A stretch of 64,000 nucleotides of DNA from an uncultured Bacilli bacterium (lineage in GTDB: Bacteria > Bacillota_I > Bacilli_A > RF39 > UBA660): assembly GCA_934091055.1 (NCBI GenBank), contig CAKOKN010000002.1, positions 77,446-141,445 on the forward strand. Reading direction: 5' to 3'. Numbering within the stretch: position 1 is the first letter of the stretch; each line of letters opens with the position of its first letter. Positions 45,917 through 54,470 of the stretch are shown here, in pieces. A program made the position numbers and the translations under genes. The notes beneath the pieces were generated by a model, which worked only from the letters and a program-made list of their open reading frames with translations, was not told where the DNA came from and did no database searches.

Positions 45917-47086
45917 ATGAAATGTATACTTATGAATAAGAATACCAAAGTTTTATTAGCAGATTATCAACCATCATTAGGAGTATTTACTGATATCTAT
46001 GACATTTATAATATAGATTATGCTCCAGTAATACTAAAGAATATTTATAATAAAGAAAAAGATTTAAAAGTAATACTATCCAACTGGTTCAAAGGTAGAG
46101 GTATTCCATTATGGAGAGACGATTTAGATTTATTACTTACTAAACTAAATATTTCTGCTCCAACAGAATTATTAGATAAAGCATTTGGATTGTCATTATC
46201 AGATCAGTATTGGATTAAACCATATAATTCCCAAATAGAATATAGAGATATTAACTTCTTTGAACACGACTTTAAAGACGCTGAATTTGCTGACGCTACT
46301 TTTTCAAATAGTGCTAAAACAGATACTAAAATAAGTTTGATTTCTCCTAATAATACAACTGATGGTAGATTGAAGAAAACCTGGATAATCGAAGATAACA
46401 AAAGATATCTATTAAAGGGTGGCTATAAAAACGAAGTATTGCAGCCTTTTAATGAAGTTTTAGCTTCAATGATTAGTAGTCGTCTAGGATTTAATAATGT
46501 TCCATATACTCTAGAAGTAATTAATAATAAAATAGTATCAAAGTGTGAATGTTTTATAAATAAAGATACTGAATTGGTTCCAGCATATCAAATATTATAT
46601 GATAATTGTGACAGAGATAATGCATATGAAAGATATATCAATATATTGGAAGAACATAAAGTAGAAAATGCCAGAAGTTCTCTAGAAGATATGTTTATCT
46701 TAGATTATATTATGTTAAATGAAGATAGACATCTAAATAATTTTGGCATAGTTAGAAATGTTGAAACATTAGATTGGATTTCTCCTACGCCAATATTTGA
46801 TACTGGAGAATCATTAAATATAATAGATTATAGTGATGAAGAAGTAATAATTAATGGCGACGGAAGATTTTTTTATAAAGTTAGTAACTTTGACAATATA
46901 CTTGACAATATTAAAGATTTAAAAAGATATGATTTAAATAAACTAGATGGCATTTGTGAGGAAGTTGATGAATTATTACATAAGTACCAATCAATTACTA
47001 ATATGACTGATAGAAGAATAAATAAAATATGTACTCTACTTTACAGTAGGATTAATAAATTAAAAAAGAAGATAGATAGTAAATAA
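45917..47086 (+). CDS. HipA-family serine/threonine kinase-like protein
   Basis: HipA_C catalytic loop LNEDRHLNNFG and Mg-binding PIFDTGES. No HTH partner gene is adjacent. Confidence 0.75.
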   Translation: MKCILMNKNTKVLLADYQPSLGVFTDIYDIYNIDYAPVILKNIYNKEKDLKVILSNWFKGRGIPLWRDDLDLLLTKLNISAPTELLDKAFGLSLSDQYWIKPYNSQIEYRDINFFEHDFKDAEFADATFSNSAKTDTKISLISPNNTTDGRLKKTWIIEDNKRYLLKGGYKNEVLQPFNEVLASMISSRLGFNNVPYTLEVINNKIVSKCECFINKDTELVPAYQILYDNCDRDNAYERYINILEEHKVENARSSLEDMFILDYIMLNEDRHLNNFGIVRNVETLDWISPTPIFDTGESLNIIDYSDEEVIINGDGRFFYKVSNFDNILDNIKDLKRYDLNKLDGICEEVDELLHKYQSITNMTDRRINKICTLLYSRINKLKKKIDSK

Positions 47087-47141
47087 TAAAAAAATACTTG
47101 TATTTATTAACATAGTTGTGTTATAATATAGGTGTCTTGAG

Positions 47142-47170
47142 AAAAGAGTGGCATAAAAATCCACTCTTTT
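47142..47170 (+). promoter_or_regulatory. terminator-like leader hairpin of the rimP-nusA-infB operon
   Basis: AAAAGAGTGG-CATAAAAAT-CCACTCTTTT (10-bp perfect stem) followed by an A/T-rich tail. It lies between a TATAAT (47122-47127) and the rimP RBS. Confidence 0.5.
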
Positions 47171-47189
47171 ATATATATAGGAGGGAAAT

Positions 47190-47441
47190 ATGAATATTGA
47201 AGAACAAGTAAAAAAACTAATTGAAAAGGAAGTAGAAAAGCTAGGAGTAAGAATAGATAGTGTTAAATTAGAAAAAGAAGACAATAATCTTTTTCTAAGA
47301 GTAGTTATCGATAGAGATGAAATAATAGATGTTGATAAATGCGTAGAAGTAACAAATGTCATTAATCCATTGTTAGATGAAGCTAACTTAATAGAAGACT
47401 CTTATATGCTAGATGTGTCTACTAAAGAGAAGGGAAGATAA
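47190..47441 (+). CDS. rimP: ribosome maturation factor RimP, N-terminal domain only
   Basis: LFLRVVIDRDE...YMLDVST matches the RimP N-domain up to the usual LEVSSPG motif. It stops there, and nusA starts 2 nt later. Confidence 0.75.
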   Translation: MNIEEQVKKLIEKEVEKLGVRIDSVKLEKEDNNLFLRVVIDRDEIIDVDKCVEVTNVINPLLDEANLIEDSYMLDVSTKEKGR

Positions 47442-47443
47442 AA

Positions 47444-48511
47444 ATGAATCAAAAACAAATGAAAGAATTTATGAAAGCATTAGATGCTATTATCGAAGAG
47501 AAAAAAGTAGATAGAAAAATAGTTATTGATGCAATGGAACAAGCTATGGCAGCAGCTTATAAAAAGAATGAAGGTATACCTAATGTATTGGCAAAAGTTG
47601 ATGATGAAACTGGAGATATAAGAATATATTCATATAGAACAGTAGTAGAAGAAGTTACTAATCCTGAAACTGAAGTATCATTAGAGGATGCTAAAAAAGA
47701 AGTAGACGATATCGAATTAGGAGAAACTATAATTGATAAAGAACTACCTCTTAAAGATTTTGGAAGAGTAGCAGCAGGTACTGCTAAACAAATAGTAGTT
47801 CAAAGAATCAAAGAAGCTGAAAAAGAAAGCATTTCTGAAGAGTTCAAAGATAAAGATGGCGAACTAATGGTAGGAACATTATCTCGTGAAGATCAACATA
47901 ACTACTTTGTTGATTTAGGTAGATGCAGTGGTATTTTACCAAAAGATCAAATAATACCAGGAGAAAAATTACAAATGGGTTCTTCTGTAAAAGTATATGT
48001 ATCTAAACTAGAAATTGGACCTAAAGGACCATTCATTATGCTATCTAGAAGTCATTATGGTTTTCTAAAAAGATTATTAGAAATAGAAATACCAGAATTA
48101 ACAGATGGTACAGTAGTATTATATTCAGTAGCTAGAGAAGCAGGAAGTAGAAGTAAAATAGCAGTATACACTGAATACAATAACGTAGACCCATTAGGAG
48201 CTATTATAGGTGAAAAAGGAAGAAGAATAGCAAACGTATTAAAAGAACTAAATGGTGAAAAAATAGATGTTATTCTATATGACAAGGATCCTGTAAAATT
48301 TATTACTAATGCTTTAAGTCCTGCTAAAAACGTTAAAGTAACAATTAAAAATGAAGAAAAGAAAGAAGCACTAGCATTAGTAGATGATAGTAACTTATCT
48401 CTAGCAATAGGAAGAAAAGGACAAAATGTTAAATTAGCATCTCGTCTTACACATTACAAAATTGAAGTAAAAAGTGAAAGTACTACTGAGGAAGAAAAGG
48501 ATAGTGAATAA
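47444..48511 (+). CDS. nusA: transcription termination/antitermination factor NusA
   Basis: NusA N-domain, S1, and two KH domains (IGEKGRRIANV, IGRKGQNVKLA). Confidence 0.95.
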   Translation: MNQKQMKEFMKALDAIIEEKKVDRKIVIDAMEQAMAAAYKKNEGIPNVLAKVDDETGDIRIYSYRTVVEEVTNPETEVSLEDAKKEVDDIELGETIIDKELPLKDFGRVAAGTAKQIVVQRIKEAEKESISEEFKDKDGELMVGTLSREDQHNYFVDLGRCSGILPKDQIIPGEKLQMGSSVKVYVSKLEIGPKGPFIMLSRSHYGFLKRLLEIEIPELTDGTVVLYSVAREAGSRSKIAVYTEYNNVDPLGAIIGEKGRRIANVLKELNGEKIDVILYDKDPVKFITNALSPAKNVKVTIKNEEKKEALALVDDSNLSLAIGRKGQNVKLASRLTHYKIEVKSESTTEEEKDSE

Positions 48512-48513
48512 CT

Positions 48514-48771
48514 ATGAAAAAAACTCCTCTTAGAAGATGTGTAGTAACAAAAGAACAACTTCCTAAGCAAGAATTATTAAGAGTTGTTAAAAATAAAGAA
48601 AACAAAATATTTGTTGATGAAACAGGAAAAGCAGGAGGTAGAGGAGCATATATTAAAAAAGATATAAATGTTCTAGAAACTGCTAAAAAGAAAAAGATTT
48701 TAAATAAAATATTTGACTGTGAAATAAATGAAGAATTATATGATGAAATTAAAAATATAATAAATAAATAA
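48514..48771 (+). CDS. ylxR: YlxR/RnpM (DUF448) RNA-binding protein
   Basis: PLRRCVVTKE and GRGAYI motifs, in the conserved position after nusA. Confidence 0.85.
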   Translation: MKKTPLRRCVVTKEQLPKQELLRVVKNKENKIFVDETGKAGGRGAYIKKDINVLETAKKKKILNKIFDCEINEELYDEIKNIINK

Positions 48772-48786
48772 TAGGAGGTGATACAT

Positions 48787-50886
48787 ATGATGAATGTATC
48801 AGAATATGCAAGTGATGTAGGGTTAGAAGTAAAAGATATCTTAAGTTTGTGTAAGAAGCTTGATATTAATGTATCTAAAGAAGAAGATATGTTATCTGAT
48901 GATGACATAATAATATTAGATCAAGAGATTGCTTCTAGTATTGATAGTCAAGATGAAGATTTACAAGAAGAGATGGAAACCTTCGAAGATTCTTATGAAG
49001 AGGAATTAGAACCTGTTACAGAAAAGAAGCCTAAGAAAAAAGTAGTTTCAAAAGAAGATAATAAATCATCATTTAAAGAAAAAAGAAAAGAAATGTATAA
49101 ACATAAAGAAAAACTTCAATCTAATGTTATTGAAGACAATGAGAATACTGTTTTATACAAGGATAATATGACTGTGTCAGAGCTTGCTACTAGTCTAGAA
49201 GTTAATCCAACACAAATAATCAAAAAGTTAATGGCACTTGGTACTCTAGCAGCTATTAATGCACCTCTTGACTTTGATACAGCAGAAATAATTGTATCAG
49301 ACTATGATAAAGTATTAAAGAAAGAAAGTACTAGAGATGAAGTTAATTTTGAGGGCTTAGAAATAGTAGATAAAGAAGAAGACTTAGTAGAGAGACCTCC
49401 GGTAGTTACTATTATGGGTCACGTAGATCACGGTAAGACTACCCTTCTAGATACTATTAGAAAGACCAATGTTGCAGAAGGTGAAGCTGGAGGTATAACT
49501 CAAGCAATTGGAGCATATCAGATTGAATATAAAGGAAAGAAAATTACTTTTATAGATACTCCAGGACACGCAGCATTTACTGAAATGCGAGCAAGAGGAG
49601 CATCTATTACTGATATAGTAATTATTATTGTAGCTGCAGATGATGGAGTAATGCCTCAAACAAAAGAAGCAATAGATCACGCTAAAGCAGCAGGTGTTCC
49701 AATTATTGTAGCAGTTAATAAAATAGATAAACCTGCAGCTAATGTTGAAAAAGTATTAACTGAAATGTCAGCTAATGGTCTTCAACCAGAAGCTTGGGGT
49801 GGAGACATAATGTTTGTTAATTTATCTGCTAAAACAGGTGAAGGAATAGAAGATTTACTAGAGAGAATTCTACTTCTTAGTGAACTTGGTGAATTGAAGG
49901 CTAATCCTAATAGATATGCCAGTGGAACTGTAATTGAATCAAAAATAGACAAAACATCTGGAGTAATTACTAATCTTCTCATTCAAAATGGAACACTAAG
50001 ATTAGGTGATCCAATAGTAGTAGGACTATCTTCTGGTAAAGTAAGAACACTAAAAAATGATAAGGGTGAAGACTTAGTAGAAGCTTCTCCATCTATGCCA
50101 GTGTCAATAACAGGATTATCAGAAAGCCCCGCAGCCGGAGATAAATTTATGGTCTTTGAAAGTGAAAAGAAAGCTAAAAAAGTTGCTGAACAAAGAAGAG
50201 AAATTGCTAAAGAAGGAAGAAATAAACCAAAAGCTGCAGTATCTTTAGATGACCTATTTAATAGAGTAAAAGATGGTGAAAAAGAAATCAATATCATCTT
50301 AAAAGCAGATGTTAAAGGTAGTGAAGAAGCAGTTAAAAATTCCCTACTTAAGTTAGATGTAGAAGGAATAAAAATAAATGTCATTAGAAGTGGTATTGGA
50401 GGTATATCTGAAAGTGATGTAGTACTTGCAGAAGCTTCAAATGCTATAATAATTGGTTTTAATATTAGACCAGATCATAAAATAACAGAATTAGCTAAAG
50501 AAAAAGGAATAGATATAAGACTATATGACATAATATATCAAGTAGTTGAAGAAATGGAAGCTGCTCTAAAAGGAAAACTAGAACCAGAATATGAAGAAAA
50601 AGTATTAGGATCAGCAGAAGTAAGAAAAATATTTAAATTTTCTAAAGTTGGTACTATTGCAGGATCTTATGTAGTGTCAGGCAGTCTAAAAAGAGGAGCT
50701 AAAGCTAGAGTAATAAGAGACTCTGTAGTAATAAATGATAGTACTATTGCTAGCTTGGCAAGAGAAAAAGATCAAGTAAAAGAAGTAAAACAAGGTATGG
50801 AATGTGGTATTACTATAGATAACTTTAATGATATCAAAGAAAAAGATATAATTGAAGCCTATGAATTAGTGGAGATAAGAAAGTAG
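48787..50886 (+). CDS. infB: translation initiation factor IF-2
   Basis: G domain [27 protein letters not shown] at 48773-48778 favours ATG 48787. Confidence 0.95.
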   Translation: MMNVSEYASDVGLEVKDILSLCKKLDINVSKEEDMLSDDDIIILDQEIASSIDSQDEDLQEEMETFEDSYEEELEPVTEKKPKKKVVSKEDNKSSFKEKRKEMYKHKEKLQSNVIEDNENTVLYKDNMTVSELATSLEVNPTQIIKKLMALGTLAAINAPLDFDTAEIIVSDYDKVLKKESTRDEVNFEGLEIVDKEEDLVERPPVVTIMGHVDHGKTTLLDTIRKTNVAEGEAGGITQAIGAYQIEYKGKKITFIDTPGHAAFTEMRARGASITDIVIIIVAADDGVMPQTKEAIDHAKAAGVPIIVAVNKIDKPAANVEKVLTEMSANGLQPEAWGGDIMFVNLSAKTGEGIEDLLERILLLSELGELKANPNRYASGTVIESKIDKTSGVITNLLIQNGTLRLGDPIVVGLSSGKVRTLKNDKGEDLVEASPSMPVSITGLSESPAAGDKFMVFESEKKAKKVAEQRREIAKEGRNKPKAAVSLDDLFNRVKDGEKEINIILKADVKGSEEAVKNSLLKLDVEGIKINVIRSGIGGISESDVVLAEASNAIIIGFNIRPDHKITELAKEKGIDIRLYDIIYQVVEEMEAALKGKLEPEYEEKVLGSAEVRKIFKFSKVGTIAGSYVVSGSLKRGAKARVIRDSVVINDSTIASLAREKDQVKEVKQGMECGITIDNFNDIKEKDIIEAYELVEIRK

Positions 50887-50897
50887 GTGGGTATTGT

Positions 50898-51389
50898 ATG
50901 TTTGAAGAATCTATAACAGAAAAAGGTAAATGTAATCAAGGTAAAAAGAGTAGAAAAGAAATAGGTCAAAACGCTTTAAATATGATCGAAGCTAAAATGA
51001 AAAAACAAGAGGATGAAAAAAGAAAAAAAGAATACTTTGATAAATTTGGAAAGAATGCTCAAGGGCCTATTGTAAAAGGAACAGAAGATAGATTACTAGG
51101 TATCTATGAAATAAATAAGTTTGAAAATATAAAAGAAAGAAATAGTTATACTTATGGTTTCACAGAACGTGGAGAAAGACAGTTAGCATCAAACATCAAT
51201 AATTTTACTAAAGAAGAATTAAAGGCGATAGGGAGAAATGACTTTATCTCAGGTATTAAAATTAAAGAATTACCTGAAGAAATCAAAGAGAATAAAGACT
51301 ATCAAGAAGGATATTATAAAGCCGCTGAAGAGCAAATAATGTCTATTCTAAATAGTTATAAGGGAAAGAATAAACATAAAGGTAAATAA
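50898..51389 (+). CDS. hypothetical charged protein, paralog 1 of 3
   Basis: RBS AGGTGG. Shares FDKFGKNAQGPIVKGTEDRL and YTYGFTERGERQL blocks with the next ORF. No family recognised. Confidence 0.7.
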   Translation: MFEESITEKGKCNQGKKSRKEIGQNALNMIEAKMKKQEDEKRKKEYFDKFGKNAQGPIVKGTEDRLLGIYEINKFENIKERNSYTYGFTERGERQLASNINNFTKEELKAIGRNDFISGIKIKELPEEIKENKDYQEGYYKAAEEQIMSILNSYKGKNKHKGK

Positions 51390-51404
51390 AGGTAGGTAAT
51401 AAAA

Positions 51405-51980
51405 ATGTCAGAAAATAAAAGCAGAATATATAAAGGCCCTAAAAGAGATGAAATATCTGATGTAGAAGGTAGCATTGCTATGAGTGCTCTACATCAGGAA
51501 AAGCTATATAAACAAAAATTTGAAAAGTATGGATATGGTAATAATAACAAAAACATTGTACAAGGAACTACTGCTAGACTATCAGCTTTTCCTTATCCTA
51601 AAGATACAAGTGTTATAAGTGATGTAAGAGCATTTCACTACGGCTACTATGAAAGAGGAGATAGATTTCTAAAGATACTTGTAGAAACTGGAAAAACAGA
51701 TGCTCCTATATTAAATGAGAATTTAAAGCTAATTTACAATGAAATAAATGCTTTATATGGAATAAAGGAAGATGAAGTACCATTTGATTCTCTATCTGAT
51801 GCTGCTAAAGTTCAAGAAAGATTAAGAATGATTGGCTATGTTGATGGACTTGATGGAGAAATTGATATAAATAAACTAGATGAAGTAGTAAGAAATAATC
51901 CGTGTTATAGTCAAGGTTATAATCTAGGAGAGAGCATATCAGAAGAGCATAATAAACAAAGTGGTAAGAAAGGAAGATAA
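51405..51980 (+). CDS. hypothetical charged protein, paralog 2 of 3
   Basis: FEKYGYGNNNKNIVQGTTARL and FHYGYYERGDRFL align with paralog 1; a C-terminal YSQGYNLG block recurs in all three. Confidence 0.7.
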   Translation: MSENKSRIYKGPKRDEISDVEGSIAMSALHQEKLYKQKFEKYGYGNNNKNIVQGTTARLSAFPYPKDTSVISDVRAFHYGYYERGDRFLKILVETGKTDAPILNENLKLIYNEINALYGIKEDEVPFDSLSDAAKVQERLRMIGYVDGLDGEIDINKLDEVVRNNPCYSQGYNLGESISEEHNKQSGKKGR

Positions 51981-51981
51981 T

Positions 51982-52323
51982 ATGTCATTAGATAAACTTA
52001 GAAAAGGAAGAAATGTAAAACGTGTCGAGGGAGATAGACATTTTGATGAAGTAATTAAGAAAGCATCTTCAGTTCCAAAAACACCTGCTAAAGAGAAACC
52101 ATATGCTTCTGAATTAAATAACTTAGGAAGAAAAGCATACTTTGATGAATATTTCTATGAAATAAAAGTAGAGGATCAAGTATTTCCTAAAATAGGAGAG
52201 TTTGAAAACCCTTCTGAAACATATAGTTTTAAGCAAGGTTATCAAAGAGGAGAATTACTAGTAAATAATGGTATAGTACCTGAAGAATATCAAAATATAA
52301 ATAATAGTAATAAACACAGATAG
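51982..52323 (+). CDS. hypothetical charged protein, paralog 3 of 3 (most diverged)
   Basis: The ATG lies 1 nt after the paralog 2 stop, preceded by AAAGGAAG. YSFKQGYQRGELL aligns with the Y-x-Y-G-x-x-ERG-x-R-x-L block. Confidence 0.65.
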   Translation: MSLDKLRKGRNVKRVEGDRHFDEVIKKASSVPKTPAKEKPYASELNNLGRKAYFDEYFYEIKVEDQVFPKIGEFENPSETYSFKQGYQRGELLVNNGIVPEEYQNINNSNKHR

Positions 52324-52333
52324 GAATGATATT

Positions 52334-52678
52334 ATGAGTATAAAATTAGATAGATTAAATCATATTCTAACTGAAGAAATATCTAAAGTAATAAGTGAAG
52401 AAGTAAAAGATACTGATGTACAATTTGTTACCATAACAGCAGTAGATATTTCTAGTGATTTATCATACGCTAAAGTATATTTTACTAATTTAATAGATAA
52501 AGATAGAGAAAAAGTAACTAAAGCATTAAATAATGCTAGTTCCTTTATCCGTGGTAAATTATTTGGTAGAGTAGAAATAAGAAAGATGCCTGAATTAACA
52601 TTCGTATATGATGAGTCAATTGAATATGGAAATAAGATTGAAAAGATAATTGAAGAAATAAAGGAAGATGGTGAGTAA
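52334..52678 (+). CDS. rbfA: ribosome-binding factor A
   Basis: RLNHILTEEISKVI and LSYAKVYF motifs; 114 aa. Confidence 0.9.
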   Translation: MSIKLDRLNHILTEEISKVISEEVKDTDVQFVTITAVDISSDLSYAKVYFTNLIDKDREKVTKALNNASSFIRGKLFGRVEIRKMPELTFVYDESIEYGNKIEKIIEEIKEDGE

Positions 52679-53628
52679 TGAACAATATTATTAGCGAAAT
52701 TAAAGTAAGCAATAATATTGTTTTACTTTGTCATAATAATCCTGATGGTGATGCTATAGGTAGTATCGTGGCCATGTATATACTATTAAAAAGATTAGGT
52801 AAAGAAGTAGATATCGTCCTAAATACTCTACCTAAAAGGTTTAACTTTCTAAAAGAGTATCAAGATATCAAGAAAGAAAGTACTAAAAAGTATGATACAG
52901 CAGTTATACTAGATACCGGAAGTATTGACAGAGTAAACAGTGCCTATTTACTTGATACTGTGTCAAAGAAACTAGTAATTGACCATCATAGGACAAATAC
53001 TATGTATGGTGATGTAAATCTAGTAGAGGACTATCCTGCTTGCTGCGAGATAGTATATAATTTAATAAAAGAAATGAATGTTAGTATTGATGAAGATTTG
53101 GCTCTTCCTCTAGCAGTGGGATTATTAACAGATACCGGAGGTTTTGCTCATAAGAATGTTCTTCCTAGTACTTTTACTATGGCTGCCGAACTATCTTCAC
53201 TAGTAGATCTTTCAGACATATATAAGAAAGTACTAAGAACTATTACCATAAATCAGTTTAATATCAAGAAGAAAGCTCTAGATAATCTAGAACTATATAA
53301 TAACAATACCCTAGCAGTTTCTTTTATAACTTCCGAAGATATGGAGAAGTATAATGTTGATGAAGATGAATGTGGTATTCTCGTAGGTATTCCTCTTGAA
53401 ATAGATACCGTTGAAGTATCAATATTCTTAAGAAAATACCCTAATCAAACTAGAGTATCCCTTCGTAGTGGTCATATTGATGTCAGTAGGATAGCCTCTA
53501 TCTTTGGAGGAGGAGGTCACATAAATGCCGCTGGTATAACAACTGTTATGCCTTATGAAGAACTAAAAGAAAAGTTAATAATAGAAGTAGGTAAGAGTAT
53601 AAATGAATGGAATAATTGTCATAGATAA
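52678..53628 (+). CDS. nrnA: DHH/DHHA1 phosphoesterase NrnA (oligoribonuclease/pAp phosphatase)
   Basis: HNNPDGDAIGS, DHH motif VIDHHRTN, DHHA1 GGGGHINAAG. Confidence 0.8.
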   Translation: MNNIISEIKVSNNIVLLCHNNPDGDAIGSIVAMYILLKRLGKEVDIVLNTLPKRFNFLKEYQDIKKESTKKYDTAVILDTGSIDRVNSAYLLDTVSKKLVIDHHRTNTMYGDVNLVEDYPACCEIVYNLIKEMNVSIDEDLALPLAVGLLTDTGGFAHKNVLPSTFTMAAELSSLVDLSDIYKKVLRTITINQFNIKKKALDNLELYNNNTLAVSFITSEDMEKYNVDEDECGILVGIPLEIDTVEVSIFLRKYPNQTRVSLRSGHIDVSRIASIFGGGGHINAAGITTVMPYEELKEKLIIEVGKSINEWNNCHR

Positions 53629-54469
53629 ACCTAAAGACTATACCAGTAGAGATATAGTAAACATAGTATCAAAAAAATTAAATACCAAAAAAGTAGGTCA
53701 TACAGGAACATTAGACCCATTAGCCACAGGTGTATTAGTACTCCCCATAGGTAGAGCCCTTAAAGTATCTGAACTCCTAACTAGTAATACCAAAGAGTAC
53801 ATTGCAGAAGTAATATTAGGCTATGAAACAGATATGTTAGATATAACCGGAACAGAAATCAAAAGAAACATACCCAGTGTAACTAAAGAAGAACTACTAA
53901 AAGTACTAAAAAGTTACATAGGTAAATATAACCAAGAAGTCCCTCTTTATTCAGCAGTCAAAGTAGGAGGAAGAAAACTATATGAGTATGCCCGCAGTGG
54001 CATTCCAGTAACTCCTCCAAGTAAAGAAGTAGAAGTATACTCTCTAGAATTAATAAGTGACCTAAAACATATAAACAATATAGTAGAGTTTACTATTAGA
54101 TGTGAAGTAAGTAAAGGAACATATATAAGAAGTTTAATTAGAGATATAGCCTATAGTTTAAATACTTATGGTACTATGAAAAGTCTCATAAGAACAAGAC
54201 AGGGAATATTTACTCTAAAAGATGCTTATACTCTAAAAGATATTGAAGAGAATAACTATAAATTACTTAGTATCAAAGAGTGCCTCCCCAATATAAAAAC
54301 TACTGTGATAGAGGAACCACTACTTACTAAAGTAAAAAATGGAATGGTACTAGATAAGTTTTTTAAAGAGAATATGTCCCTATTACTAGATAAAGAAGGA
54401 AAAGAAATAGCTATCTACATTGCTAGCGGAGATAATAAAGTAAAACCATATAAAATGATTGAGGTGTAG
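53603..54469 (+). CDS. truB: tRNA pseudouridine55 synthase TruB
   Basis: NGIIVIDKP, catalytic GHTGTLDPLATGVL. Confidence 0.92.
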   Translation: MNGIIVIDKPKDYTSRDIVNIVSKKLNTKKVGHTGTLDPLATGVLVLPIGRALKVSELLTSNTKEYIAEVILGYETDMLDITGTEIKRNIPSVTKEELLKVLKSYIGKYNQEVPLYSAVKVGGRKLYEYARSGIPVTPPSKEVEVYSLELISDLKHINNIVEFTIRCEVSKGTYIRSLIRDIAYSLNTYGTMKSLIRTRQGIFTLKDAYTLKDIEENNYKLLSIKECLPNIKTTVIEEPLLTKVKNGMVLDKFFKENMSLLLDKEGKEIAIYIASGDNKVKPYKMIEV

Positions 54470-54470
54470 T

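Noticed and set aside
47060-47362. 100-aa minus-strand ORF spanning the rimP promoter region. Also the 141-aa ORF at 48483-48908 across ylxR/infB.
   Set aside because: Both overlap conserved + strand genes and their regulatory elements. They have no RBS and a low-complexity Ser/Phe/Ile composition.
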